Positions 12,586-24,550 of a stretch of DNA of 64,000 nt are shown here, in pieces (the stretch's first letter is position 1; the number at the start of each line of letters is the position of its first letter). The notes beneath the pieces were generated by a model, which was not told where the DNA came from, did no database searches, and saw nothing but the letters and a program-made list of their open reading frames with translations. The position numbers were made by a program, and so were the translations under genes. Source of the stretch: Eledone cirrhosa (Eukaryota); the NCBI GenBank assembly GCA_964016885.1, contig CAXHJY010000210.1, positions 124,001 to 188,000 of the forward strand. The letters run 5' to 3'.

Positions 12586-13659
12586 TGAACATGAATAAAT
12601 GAAATTAATCTTAACCTGTTGACTTCTTGTTTATACATATATATATATATGCATACATTCATATTTATACACACTTTTTTATATTATTCTCAGACCGGGT
12701 GATGTGTTGTTTCCTTGAGCAAGACACTTTATTTCACATTGCTCCAGTTTACTCAGCTGTAGAAATCAGATGATAGGGACTGGGGCCCATATCATTCCAC
12801 TGCAAAGTGGTCGTGGAGGTGCCACGGCAAAAAAGCACCCAGCACTCACTGTAAATGAGGTTGGTGTTAGGAAGGTCATCCAGCTGTAGAAATCAAGCCA
12901 GCATCAGTTCCCGTCCAATCCTTGCAAGCAGGGAAAAGTGGACGTAAAATGATGATGATGTTGATGACTGAATCCTCATCGTAACTACACACTATGAATG
13001 TAGAAAGCTTTCTCCTGCTTACTCCTATTTTTCACCAAAACAACTTTTACTGAACACACAAACACACACACATATACAAATTTAAGGATTCAAAACATAT
13101 CAAATATGCTTGATATTTGTGCTTCTCAATAAAAAAGCTCAATGGACGTTTGTCTAGAGCTATAATAATTCAAATAAAGAGAAAGAATATATTGTCTATT
13201 CTCAAGAGATATATGGTTCTTTTTCTCTCTCTCTTTCAATATACATATCTTTTAATTTGAATTTTATATATATATATATCATCATCATCATCATCATTTC
13301 ATTTTACGTCCGCTTTTCCCTGCTTGCAAGGGTGGGACGGGAACTGATTCTGGCTTGATTTCTACAGCTGGATGCCCTTCCTAACATCAACCTCATTTAC
13401 AGTGAGTGTTGGGTGCTTTTTTGCCGTGGCACCTCCACGACCACTTTGCAGTGGAATGATAGGGACCCCAGTCCCTATCATCTCATTTCTACAGCTGAAG
13501 TGGTAGTAGTGGTGGTAGTGGTTGTGGTGGTGATGATGATGATGGTGGATATATATATACTTTGGGAGGATCATGCTGCCAATAAAAACACATACACCTG
13601 TTGATTTTCACTTCAATTTATTACAAATTTCCAATTGGTTTGTTTAATAACCTACACTA

Positions 13660-16213
13660 TCATGTTTTTGTGAGCACACAACTCACGAAAACAAGAAGGG
13701 TTACGCCACCCATAGGAGCCGTAGAATCCCTAATGTCTTTCCGGGCCATGTCCAATGCCTCAAGGGCACCCTTGTGTGCCATTGTGCACTCATCCAAAAC
13801 AATGAGGCAACATCTTTTGAGAACCAGAGCTTTGTGTGAACTCTTGCTGATATTGCATGTTGGTGTCTCAGTTTTTACTAAATCCAAAGGGAGTTTAAAG
13901 GTTGAATGTGCTGTCCTGCCTCCCGGCAGCAAAGTAGCAGCGATCCCGGACGATGCAACGGACAACGCAACTTTTTTCTCCTGACGAATCTTAGCGAGAA
14001 TCAATTTCGTTACAAAAGTTTTTCCGGTACCCCCAGGAACGTTTTTTATTGGAGGGGGGGGGTATTTGGAATCCGTTTTTTATTTGGGGGTCCGGTTTAT
14101 ATTGGGATGGGGTCCGTTTTTTATTGGGGGGGATTATTTTGGGGGAGGGGGGGATTATTTTGGGGGAGGGGGGGATTATTTTGGGGGAGGGGCGCGTTTT
14201 TTATTTGGAAACCGTTTTTTATTGGGGCGTGTCCGTTTTTTATTGGATCGGGTCCGATTTTTATTGGGGTGAGGGGGGCATTTTTTTATTTGGGGGGTGT
14301 ATCCGTTTTTTATTGGTGGAGGTCCGTTTTATATTTGTGGGGCTCGGTTTTTTATTTGGGGGGGATCCGTTTTTTATTTGGAGGGGAGAAGGGTCTGGTT
14401 TTTATGAGGGGGTGATCTGTTATTTAGGGAGGATCCGTTTTTTATTTGGGGGGTGGAGGTCCATTTTTTTATTGGGGGAGGGGGGGGGGGTCACCCAATT
14501 CACGCTTTTGAAGCAAAATGGCAAAGAGTTCCCGTAGACCTTTAGGTGATTTCAACAAAGCACCCTCTGCTAAAGTGGAATCCATTGCGAATCATCTTCC
14601 AAAAGACCTCGCTTAAAGCAGGCTTCCCGGTACCTATCACATATTTATCCATCAACAGTTTTGAGGTCCTGAAAACTTTGTGGGCCTACAACTTCATGCA
14701 GAAGAAAGCGGAGATGAAAGCACTCATGCTGACTTGGGGGCACAGTGTAAACCCTTCCAGGACAGCTGTCAAATTTTACACCAGGATGTCTTTCAACAGC
14801 CTGACCTGACTTCTTCGCACCCAAGTGTTTTTCGACCATATAAAGTAGCATGGACCCTGGGGGTACACAATTGTTTGCGCAAATGTATCGAACTGGTAAA
14901 GTTTGAAGAAACCTGTCAGAGTGGTCTCTTTCGGATTGGCGGTTTGGTCCGTAAAGTAAAGTCTTTGCCCATTTTCCAAATGTACCGCAAGCTGTACGAT
15001 GGCGGAGTGCCGTTGGTGTAGGAGTAAACCAAATAGGCGCCAAAAAGCTTCATTGCTACTGATGTACCGCCCCGCCAGGTATTCTGTGACCTCGTCCCTG
15101 CTATTTTCAGCTTGAAATGCGAACATTGCGGCATCAGAGCCCTTATTTACATATTTGCATATGTATTTTATCGACTTGACGGAGTTGCAAAACTCAACGT
15201 TGATGTGGGCGTTGAACATCTTCAAGATAGGCGGGCAGTAATGGACCACCCATCTATTGTCGACTTGACCTCCCTTTACTGTTGTGAAGTCACCGTTCTC
15301 GAGCCGTCCCCGCCTGTACAGGGGGTACCCGTCGCCACCAGTCTGAGTCTGGTCAACAAATTTTTTTGCATATCCCTTACTGCACGACCCCCCTTTTAGA
15401 CACGTGTGATGCTCATTAGGACCCAACGCACACGGACCATGTTACCTTTGACGATGTCATGTAATTCCTGGTCAGTTGCTGGGTTAGGGATTTCAACCGA
15501 AATGAAGCTGTCTATGGCATTTGAATTGATTTTATCAGCTAACCAAATCAAAATGTGAGCATGTGGCAGCCCTCGTTTTTTCCATTCGACGGTGAACATG
15601 TCACATTTTACAGCCCCAAATACCTGACCTTTTGGATTAAAGCCATGAGTTTAGCCAGTTTCAGTCCGAACACTCTGGCAATGAGGTCATGTCTGTTCGA
15701 ATAATTTTGTCCAGGAAAAAGTTCACGGGTTACATTCCGATTCATATGTCTATAGCATTAATCTGTTATATGAAGTGTTATTTTGCGGGTTGTTATTTGC
15801 AATAAGCCGATAAAAAATGCCCCAGATAAGCCGTATGTCAATACGGAACGCTCCACTGCAGTGTTGTCATATAGGGAGTGAAGAGCGACAGAGAGAGTAA
15901 AGCAGTTAAATTAGAGAGAGAGGGAATATACGGAACGCTCCATTTGATCATACACACTGTTCCTCTCTACAGTGTTGTCATATAGGGAGTGAAGAGCGAC
16001 AGAGAGAGCAAAGCAGTTAAATTATAGAGAGGGGGAATGATCATGATCGATTTTTGCCCTTATTGTTGATGGATTTGAAAATTTTTTTGCCTCATGACCT
16101 TTTCCTGACAAAAAGCAATAATTGTCCCGACTTTGAATAGAATCCGTTGGAAATTATGGACGTGCATACGTTACAAACCTTAACACACACATCCTCAAAT
16201 TTATATATATAGA
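13660..16213 (-). mobile_element. Helitron with decayed RepHel (HUH Rep plus PIF1-like helicase); 5' end kept, 3' truncated
   Basis: TVEWKKRGLPHAHILIWL (HUH motif), VKSIKYICKYVNKGSD (two Tyr), PGGTGKT (Walker A), ASSGIAATLLPGGRTAHSTFKLP, LDEC; minus-strand TCTATATATATAAA start at 16213. Confidence 0.92.
14040..14491 (+). repeat. G-rich minisatellite, unit about 20 bp (ccgttttttattgggggg)
   Basis: Roughly 20 imperfect units, each with a G-run. Confidence 0.9.
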
Positions 16214-16218
16214 TATAT

Positions 16219-17332
16219 ATTAGAAAGTGAGGTTTTTTTACAAAATGAAAAATAACCGAGGTGTCCTACACGAGTGAAAGTATAAAGAAAAAAAGATGAA
16301 ATCGAAAATGCAACTGGAGTCTTATTTTAAAAAATATATATATATTTATTTGGTTCCTTTACCGGTTTCGCAGTTCTTCTGCTTTTCAAAAGTAGAGTTG
16401 AGATGGAGGGTCTGTGTTTTTTCTCACATCTGGTTGGTCTCTGAATGTTACTTGTTTTATATGGAAAAAGTGGCTCGAAATGCCAGGTTTTTAGAGAAGT
16501 AATTTGATTGGTTGGTCAATAAGTATAATAAATTTCGCGCCAGTTCGCGTTGCAAAGTTTTTCAAGCAGGGGGGGGGGGGGGGGGGCTCAGGTTGTGTTT
16601 TCATATATGAGTGTTTGAATTTCTTTTTGCTTAAAAAAAAGGGGGTGGGGCGCTCACGAAGGCTTTTTTTTAAAAATGTAATTTGATTGGTTATAAATGA
16701 AATTATGGCTGTCACGTGAACAAGTTCCGCGCCCGTATTTGAGAATTTATTTTGTAGCCTTTTAGAGAATTTTATGACAAGCAAAAGAATGGTCAAGAGA
16801 AATGGGATGGGAGAATTGTTCTGGTTCAGTGAATCATAGAATCATCTTCCTATATATACACACACACACACAAACAAATAAACATACATAAGTCTACTTT
16901 CTTTAATTCAATAGAAAATCTGAACTCTGACACCCGCTGGGGTGTCAGAGTTCAGATGTATGTTTATTTGTTTGTGTGTGTGTGTATATATAGGAAGATG
17001 ATTCTATTGGTAGAAATAGGGGAGGGAGTTGTGTGTGTGGGGAGTATGTTAAGATGGAGAGAATATATATATATTGTGTGTGTAGGAAAGTGATTCTATT
17101 AGTAGAAATGGGGGAGGGAGTTGTGTGGGGGCGGGGTGTTATGTGTGTGTGGGAGTATGGTTAGCATGTTAAGATGAAGAGAATATATATTTTGTGTGTG
17201 TGTGTAGGAAAATGATTCTGTTAGTAGGAATATTTTTGAATGAACATATTTTCCCTATTTATTGGTATTTGTTCTGTTGTCTTGTCAGCGCAAATGTATG
17301 TTAAGGTTTATTTAGTTCGGGTTTTTATTTTC
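16219..17332 (-). mobile_element. Solo terminal repeat (pLTR) of the Neptune-type PLE family at 59642-62648
   Basis: Collinear and highly similar to 59642-60780; flanked by (TA)n. Confidence 0.85.
16356..16393 (-). ncRNA. Minimal hammerhead ribozyme, U3-A8 core variant
   Basis: Minus strand: actt-TTGAAAA-GCAG aagaa CTGC-GAAA-CCGG-TA-aagg. Confidence 0.75.
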
Positions 17333-17504
17333 TCTCTCTATATATATATATATAAGAGTAATTAATCATAAAAATAACTAAGATTTTGGTGGGATTAAGT
17401 AAAACAACTAACTTTAACATTATCAAGCTGGTGTTTGGAACTTAAAGGTTTTTACATGAAATCATGAAGGTTTTTAGATCATATAACTAATTTGAAGTTT
17501 CTGA

Positions 17505-18040
17505 TTTCAAATATCTCGGAGCATGGAGCTCATCCACGGAAAAAGGAACCAACATCAGAAAAGCCTTAAAACATGGCAAGGAGACTAAAGCGTATGTTCT
17601 TCAAAGCTACAGTTGAAAGTTTGTGTTACTCTTCGGGTTAGAAGCATAGACACTTAATAAAACCCTCATAAAAAGACTAATGTATGTTACACGAGACTCC
17701 TGAGACACGCTTTCAACATATCTTGACGACAGAGTCACAAATGGAGAACTCTACCTGGATAGTCCTTCTGCCTCGGATATTGTTTGTCTAAGAAGGATGT
17801 GTTTTGCGGGACATTGTTACAGAGCAAAAAAACGAGTGTGTCAGCCGTGACCTTTTATGGAAGCGTGCACAGGGTCATAGAAGTAGAGGTTGTCCTGCAA
17901 CAACATATCTGGATATGCTATATGTTGACACGGAAGGAAATTTAACAGATCTGGGAGTGATAAGGCTAGATCGAGACAAATGGAAAGAGTACTGTACATT
18001 GCATCAAGGAAACTTGACTTGTTAGTGAGTGCATGAGTTA
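17505..18040 (+). mobile_element. Highly degenerate RTE-like LINE 3' fragment
   Basis: Frame-hopping translation gives FKATVES, YTRLLRHAFNIS, FAGHCYR, RSRGCPATTY. Confidence 0.6.
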
Positions 18041-18104
18041 TAACTAATTTAAAATAGGTTTTGCATCATAGCCTCATGGGCATTTTCAAGCAGTTTGATA
18101 TCAA

Positions 18105-18149
<45 letters not shown>

Positions 18150-18159
18150 GGGGGGGGGG

Positions 18160-18212
18160 TGCAGTATACTGTACTGATGAAGGGTAATCACCCAGAAACA
18201 TTAGTGTCTGCA
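18160..18212 (+). ncRNA. Degenerate minimal hammerhead motif
   Basis: CTGATGA-a-GGGT aatc ACCC-a-GAAA-ca-TT; flanks tgcagtatact and agtgtctgca can pair. Confidence 0.55.
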
Positions 18213-18323
18213 GTTCTGTTCACATGCCAACACAAGAGCAAGAATGTCGGGGTCATTCTACTGACATGGCTTTGAAGAGGCTGTTTGCATAATTGCAAAC
18301 AAATCGAGCCGAGGTTAACTTTG

Positions 18324-18380
<57 letters not shown>

Positions 18381-18852
18381 TAATGTGTTAGGAAAACCGT
18401 ATGATAATGAAATAAACAGCAATATGTGTTACTTCACCGAGTTCAAATCCCACCGAGGTTAACTTTGCCTTTCATCCTTACGGGGTCGATAATATAAAGT
18501 ACCAGTAATGTACTGTTAAATTGCTGACCTTGTGCCAAATGTAGAAACAATTATATTTATAATACAAAGGCTATTATATGCATTTCGATGGCATCCTGCT
18601 TGTTTACATAATTGTAAACTAGATGTAATTAGTGCAGTCACAGTGTAATGAGATATATCACCAACATTTATACACTGAAATGCTGTTTGGACACAAAATC
18701 TGGAATTTTCCATTTTATAAAAGTAAACCCTAGTATTTCATGGATAACAAATCAACATTTTTGAGTCAAGGTATCATCCTGTATGTGTAAATAACATTGT
18801 TAGTGGCAGAGAGGGGTGTTGTGTTTTTACTTCTTTTATCAATTTTGGTATT

Positions 18853-19065
18853 TAAAGCTTTTAGCATTTAAAACGGCCATATAAGGTCAGAATTCTCTCA
18901 CCTCTTTCTATTCAAACCGTCCACGACTGGCCACTCATACTGATATTAGATATTATTCTCAAAATAAAGAACATCAATATCTCATAGTTCGATTTATGTT
19001 AGATAAAGCCATGAAAATATAATAGTAAATATAGAGTAATGCTAAATATAGAGTAGCTAAAAGGT
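18853..19065. mobile_element. Degenerate copy of the piggyBac-type MITE
   Basis: Reverse-orientation match to 1938-2152 with decayed TIRs. Confidence 0.65.
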
Positions 19066-19447
19066 GAAGCTGAACTGAATTAATTATTTAAAAAATATAT
19101 ATATATATCGTACCATAACACACCTGTGATGAGTAACTTTAACCACGAATATGAAAATAATGTGATTGGAGAGTTGTGATGTGGAAACACACCGAGCAGA
19201 TACCAGTCATGTGCACAGTTATTACGGTAGATATTGACATACCGATAGATATATTACCCGTGCTAATATACAGTATGTGATATAAGTTGATTGCATTAAG
19301 CTGGTCTGTTAAGTTCGATGGATAGGAGTAAAAGAACAATTGTAAATATTTATAACAGTTACGCAGCCTTGTTTATGGATTTTGTTATTTACTAGGACGT
19401 GCTTTGATAAATAGAATTATTATTGTAATTCATTGTGTGTGTATGTA

Positions 19448-19527
<80 letters not shown>

Positions 19528-19531
19528 CTAT

Positions 19532-19799
19532 ATTCCTGGAGTTTTAATATTATTCAAAATATTAACAAATGAAGGTATTCAGATAATCAAAATATATGCT
19601 TTATTATATATATATTTCGAAGTTACTGTGTTTTTTTTTTCCAGCACGTCCTCGTCAGATAAAATATATGATTTGATATATGACATACCTCTATCTGACG
19701 AGGACGTACTGAAAAAAAAAAAAAACACAGTACTTTCGAAATATATATAATAAAACATATATTTTGATTATGTGAATATCTTCATTTGTTAATATTTTG

Positions 19800-19805
<6 letters not shown>
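19532..19805. mobile_element. Fold-back mini-element with two outward-facing hammerhead motifs
   Basis: About 115-bp inverted arms; CTGACGA at 19695 (+) and 19658-19652 (-), each followed by a helix II and GAAA-tatata. Confidence 0.75.
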
Positions 19806-19892
<87 letters not shown>

Positions 19893-20157
19893 ACATATTT
19901 CCATACCCACTCTGCATATGCATATATATATATATAATAACTAGAAATTGATTAACATATAAATAAACATATGAAACAACCACAGGGGATAATTTTTACA
20001 AGTGTGTAACCACACATAGCTAGGTAGGTAACTAAATAAAGTTGACTAAAACTTCAAAAATAGATACCTTATAATATGATTAATCTTCGCTGTATATATT
20101 CCATGACACCCATAAGTTTGATTTAGATTAAATTCATTTTGATTTATATTAATTTTG

Positions 20158-20230
<73 letters not shown>

Positions 20231-20700
20231 AAATATGATAATAATGATGGCTGCGCGTTGCAAATGGTGGTGCATATGAAAAAGTAAGTCCTTCATCAGT
20301 GACCCTCCAACCGTCCCAGGCATTTCATCGCTTTAAGGGCCATATGCCTCAGGTTGGTGCGAACAACGGCTAAAAAAAGTCGTTGGGACACGTAAATAAA
20401 GGGGACGTTAGGGTAACAAACAAAAAGGTTTAAGCAACGGAAAGTGAGAAGAAATAGACAAGTCCCAGATCTATATATATATATTTCGTTTCTGAATTTG
20501 TTTAGCAAGATTCTTTATCTGAAATCGTGTGTTGAAACCGATATTGTTATACTTTGGGAGGGTCATGTTGCCAATAAGAAACACACGCACCAGTTGCTTT
20601 CACTTCAATTTATTATAATAAATTTATAATAAATTTATAAATTTATAAATTTCTGGTTCGTTGGTTGGTTGGTTCCACAACCAGATAGTTGTTTATATAT

Positions 20701-20745
20701 AGTCATAGTTCTTTCGTCACACACTCTGTGACCTCTTCAGTGACT
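20701..20745 (-). ncRNA. Minimal type I hammerhead ribozyme
   Basis: Minus strand: agtca-CTGAAGA-g-GTCAC agagtgt GTGAC-GAAA-gaac-TA-tgact; perfect helices I and II. Confidence 0.8.
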
Positions 20746-20820
<75 letters not shown>

Positions 20821-20824
<4 letters not shown>

Positions 20825-21254
20825 GATATTAAACAAATGGAAATTATATTTATAAAACCATATTTATTTCATTATACATATTTCGGGGATACCATATTAA
20901 AAATATGGCATGCCTTCGTCAGATAAAATACAATATATAAACAATTTTATAAATAATTTTGACGTACCATAAATATGAGCGACCATTATGTAGGAAGTTG
21001 GTTTATGGTCGCTCATATTTATGGTACGTCAAAATTATTTATAAAACTGTTTATATATTGTATTTTATCTGACGAAGGCATGCCATATTTTTAATATGGT
21101 ATCCCCGAAATATGTATAATGAAATAAATATGGTTTTATAAATATAGTTTCCATTTGTTTAATATCGTATATCTACTCCAAAAAGTTGTCGAGTGCTTTA
21201 TATCAGTTATAAAATATTTACTTGTTGTAACCCAACAATTTTAAATAAAACTTT

Positions 21255-21258
<4 letters not shown>
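20821..21258. mobile_element. Fold-back mini-element made of PLE pLTR sequence, two hammerheads
   Basis: Near-perfect arms 20821-20985 and 21004-21170; HHRs at 20865-20930 (-) and 21061-21126 (+); similar to the PLE end at 24086-24195. Confidence 0.8.
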
Positions 21259-21323
<65 letters not shown>

Positions 21324-21403
21324 TCTGCGGTGTTGAAACCGAGGCGACCACTAATCATGGGAGTATTCAATGCATATGCAGAGTGGGTATGGAAATATGT
21401 AAA

Positions 21404-21476
<73 letters not shown>

Positions 21477-21477
21477 T

Positions 21478-21835
21478 ATATTATTCAAAATATTAACAAA
21501 TGAAGATATTCACATAATCAAAATATATGTTTCATTATATATATTTCGAAGGTACTGTGTTGTTTTTATTCAGTACGTCCTCGTCAGATAGAGGTATGTC
21601 ATATATCAAATCATATATTTTATCTGACGAGGACGTACTGGAAAAAAAAACCACTAACTTCGAAATATATAAATATAAAATAAAGCATATATTTTGATTA
21701 TGTGAATATCTTCATTTGTTAATATTTTGAATAATATTAAAACTCCAGGAATATTTTTACAGTTGAGTGCTTTTAATCTATTGTAAAACTGTATTCATTG
21801 AGTAATCAATGAACCATATTAATCTTTGGTTATAT
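21478..21835. mobile_element. Second, inverted copy of the 19532 fold-back element, with full right tail
   Basis: Reverse complement of 19532-19805; CTGACGA at 21624 (+) and 21587-21581 (-). Confidence 0.75.
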
Positions 21836-22067
21836 ATATATATATTTATTTATTTATATAAAGTGGGTTAATATATTGAACTTCTTGGTAAGAAACTGGT
21901 TTTATACACAATTTAATCAACACAAAACACACACTCATAAGAAATGCCACCTGGACCATTATTAAGAATGGTAAGAGCATTTTCTATTTTTAACCAAGTA
22001 AATTCAATTGAATCTTGACCTGTTGAACACCACTCCCACCTTCACCACTACACCTTCATAAAGAACG

Positions 22068-22445
22068 TGTAGCGCTCTCTAGACAAAGGGAAGTAGCCAT
22101 AGTTACTTCCCGTAGAATTTCTAGAATACCCCTTGAACTTCCGTTTCAGAGATTATAAAAGAAGGAGCAAAGGACAATCTACCTCTTCTTCACCTCTTGG
22201 CTGCCTGACCTTAAGGCCAGGCATGGTTACGCCAAAAGGTATTCTCTCTTTCACCAACGGCTCTAGAATTGACCACACCAAACACAGATGCTAAACTTTT
22301 TCTAATCCTATCCTATACCTCAGGATTACACATCATCATGGCAGGAGGTATGTTTCACTACCAAAATTGTAACAAGCTACTTCAATAAATGCAAATCGTT
22401 ACTGATACACTTTTCCGAAGTATTCGTCATGTTTCAATTACTACA
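22068..22445 (+). mobile_element. Possible solo LTR
   Basis: TGTAG...CTACA termini, TATAAAAG near 22154, AATAAA at 22384; no target-site duplication seen. Confidence 0.4.
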
Positions 22446-22996
22446 TCGTCATTTCTTTTACATCTTCTAAACAAATTAAATTAGTGGTCGGCATGTAGTG
22501 GTATTTACTGGAGTAGGTAACCCTATAGTCAATACACTAAAAACGTATATATGTAAGAAAATATTTTGACAGAAAATTCACATACATTGTCGAATTTATC
22601 AGTGTGATTAGATCTCCCTGCCCCCAAATTTTTTTACGAATAAGTGGCCTCGTAACTTAACTAGCACAGGGCCTCGTTTGTCCTAAATCCGGCACTGTAT
22701 ACATTCACACTGTTCACAGAATATTTACTATTTGATACTTGATAAGATTATTATGCCAATTAAAACCGGTTATATTTAATGCAATGATTATAAAATTATT
22801 CATTGTCAGATTAAAGAAAAAATTTAATCTTTAAATATACTTCTGGTGTATTTCACAATTACTTTTTAACCACACACACACATATATATATATATAATTT
22901 ATTGTTTACACTATTAACGTATTGAGTACCTTACTGTAGTTATCCCCGATTTAACCCGGGACTAACACACACACATACATATATAGACATACATAT

Positions 22997-23633
22997 ACTA
23001 TTGGGTCTCGAATAATCGTCCTCACTCGCTCATTAATTTTTCAGATTTTTTCAAACACCTCTCCTCCATATATGTGTGTGTGTTCTCTTGGGTCCCAAAT
23101 AATGGGAGTGGGTGGGGAGGGCGTCGGAATAAGAGGGGAGATGGTTGGAAAGTCGGTAATTTTTCTAGGGTGTCTCCGTTGATTTAAAAAAACAAACGGA
23201 ATCAGTCATTTAGTTTACCGTATTTCCCGGCGCCGAAGACGCTTCATCCTCAAGGGCGCACCTTTATGTTGACAACCAAAATTAAATAAAATAAATAAAT
23301 AAACTTCGGCCTCCGGGACGCATGGTAGATTTTTTTAGACTTATTTTAGGAAAAAAGTAGTGTCTTTGACGCCGGGAAATACGGTAAATATTTAGAACCC
23401 AATTCATCCTATATATTTTATAACGTATGAGATTTGTAGTAATGTATAATGTTTTTATTTAATATTTAAAGAAAATTAATTGTCGCAGGAATGCTACCTC
23501 TTAAAATAAAATTTCGCCGGAGATAGATTAACAAAATTTAATAAACAAGTTGGGGAGGGGGTGGAAAAAATCTGAAAAAAAATTAATAAGCGGGGAGGGG
23601 GAGGACGATTATTCGAGACCCAATCCAATAGTA
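22997..23633. mobile_element. TA-flanked MITE with a nested second MITE at 23217-23386
   Basis: Outer TIR tactattgggtctcgaataatcgtcctc / gaggacgattattcgagacccaat; inner TIR taccgtatttcccggcg / cgccgggaaatacggta. Confidence 0.75.
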
Positions 23634-23789
23634 TATGTATCTATGTGTGTGTGTGTTAGTCCCGGGTTAAATCGTGGATGATCACAGTAAGGTACTCAAT
23701 ACATTAGTAGAGTGTAAACAACAAATTAATATAGAAAGGCTTCTACAGGACAAAGATTAATTTGTTATATATATATATATATACACACA

Positions 23790-24073
23790 CAGTTGTCCCC
23801 CGGTATTCGCAGGGGTTACGTTCCTAGAGCATCCGCGAATATTGGACATCGATAAAAATGCTTATAAACATCAAAACAGCGTAAAATATAGACCGGCAAA
23901 TACGGTATATTGTTATTAATAATTTAGTGTTAAAAAGTGTGAAAAAATAAGTATTAATAAAAAATCGCGGAAGATATTTACGATCCCGCGAATATGCCAT
24001 GGTTTCCATGAATAATTCTTAGTTAGGTTCTAAGGGAAATCCCGCGAATGACCGCGAATGCCGGGGATACACT
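23790..24073. mobile_element. Tc1/mariner (pogo/Tigger-like) MITE
   Basis: cagttgtcccccggtattcgc ... gcgaatgccggggatacacta; related copies near 35930-36108, 44110-44377 and 47840-48290. Confidence 0.7.
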
Positions 24074-24128
24074 ATATATATATATACAATATATTAATAA
24101 ATGGAAACTATATTTATAAAACCATAAT

Positions 24129-24191
24129 TATTTTATATCTATTTCAAGAGCGACCAGGGTAAATTATGGTGCGCTTTCATCAGATAAAATA
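24129..24191 (-). ncRNA. Type I hammerhead motif in PLE pLTR
   Basis: Minus strand: tattttat-CTGATGA-aagcg cacca taatttaccc tggt cgctctt-GAAA-taga-T-ataaaata. Confidence 0.7.
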
Positions 24192-24359
24192 CAGATTTGT
24201 TTTTTAAATAAATATTGACATACTCAGAAAAAAGACAACCGCAACTGTTGAAATTCGCTGGATAGTGGAGATAATTGAGGGTGATACAAAGTTGTGAGTG
24301 AGTATGTAAATGAGTGTCAGAAAAATTGTAAAAAACAACGGTTTATTTAAATTAAACTG

Positions 24360-24550
24360 TTGGAAGAAAATAGATGTAAAAGGGAGAGAGACAAGATAGA
24401 TGTAAAAGGAACTGTTGGAAGAAAATAGATGTAAAAGGGAGAGAGACAAGATAGATGTAAAAGGGAGAGAGACAAGATAGATAGATGTAAAAGGGAGAGA
24501 GACAAGATAGATGTAAAAGAGAGAGAGACAAGATAGATGTAAAAGGGAAA
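24360..24550 (+). repeat. Tandem repeat, unit about 26 bp (agatagatgtaaaagggagagagaca)
   Basis: About 6-7 imperfect units inside the PLE 3' region. Confidence 0.85.

Noticed and set aside
13906-14537. Gly/Phe-rich ORFs in all three + frames
   Set aside because: Artefact of the G/T-rich minisatellite.
22734-22777. ttgataa-gatt...aatt-aaaa-ccggtt, a possible decayed U3-A8 hammerhead
   Set aside because: G12 absent and both helices weak; not counted, though it may be a relic.
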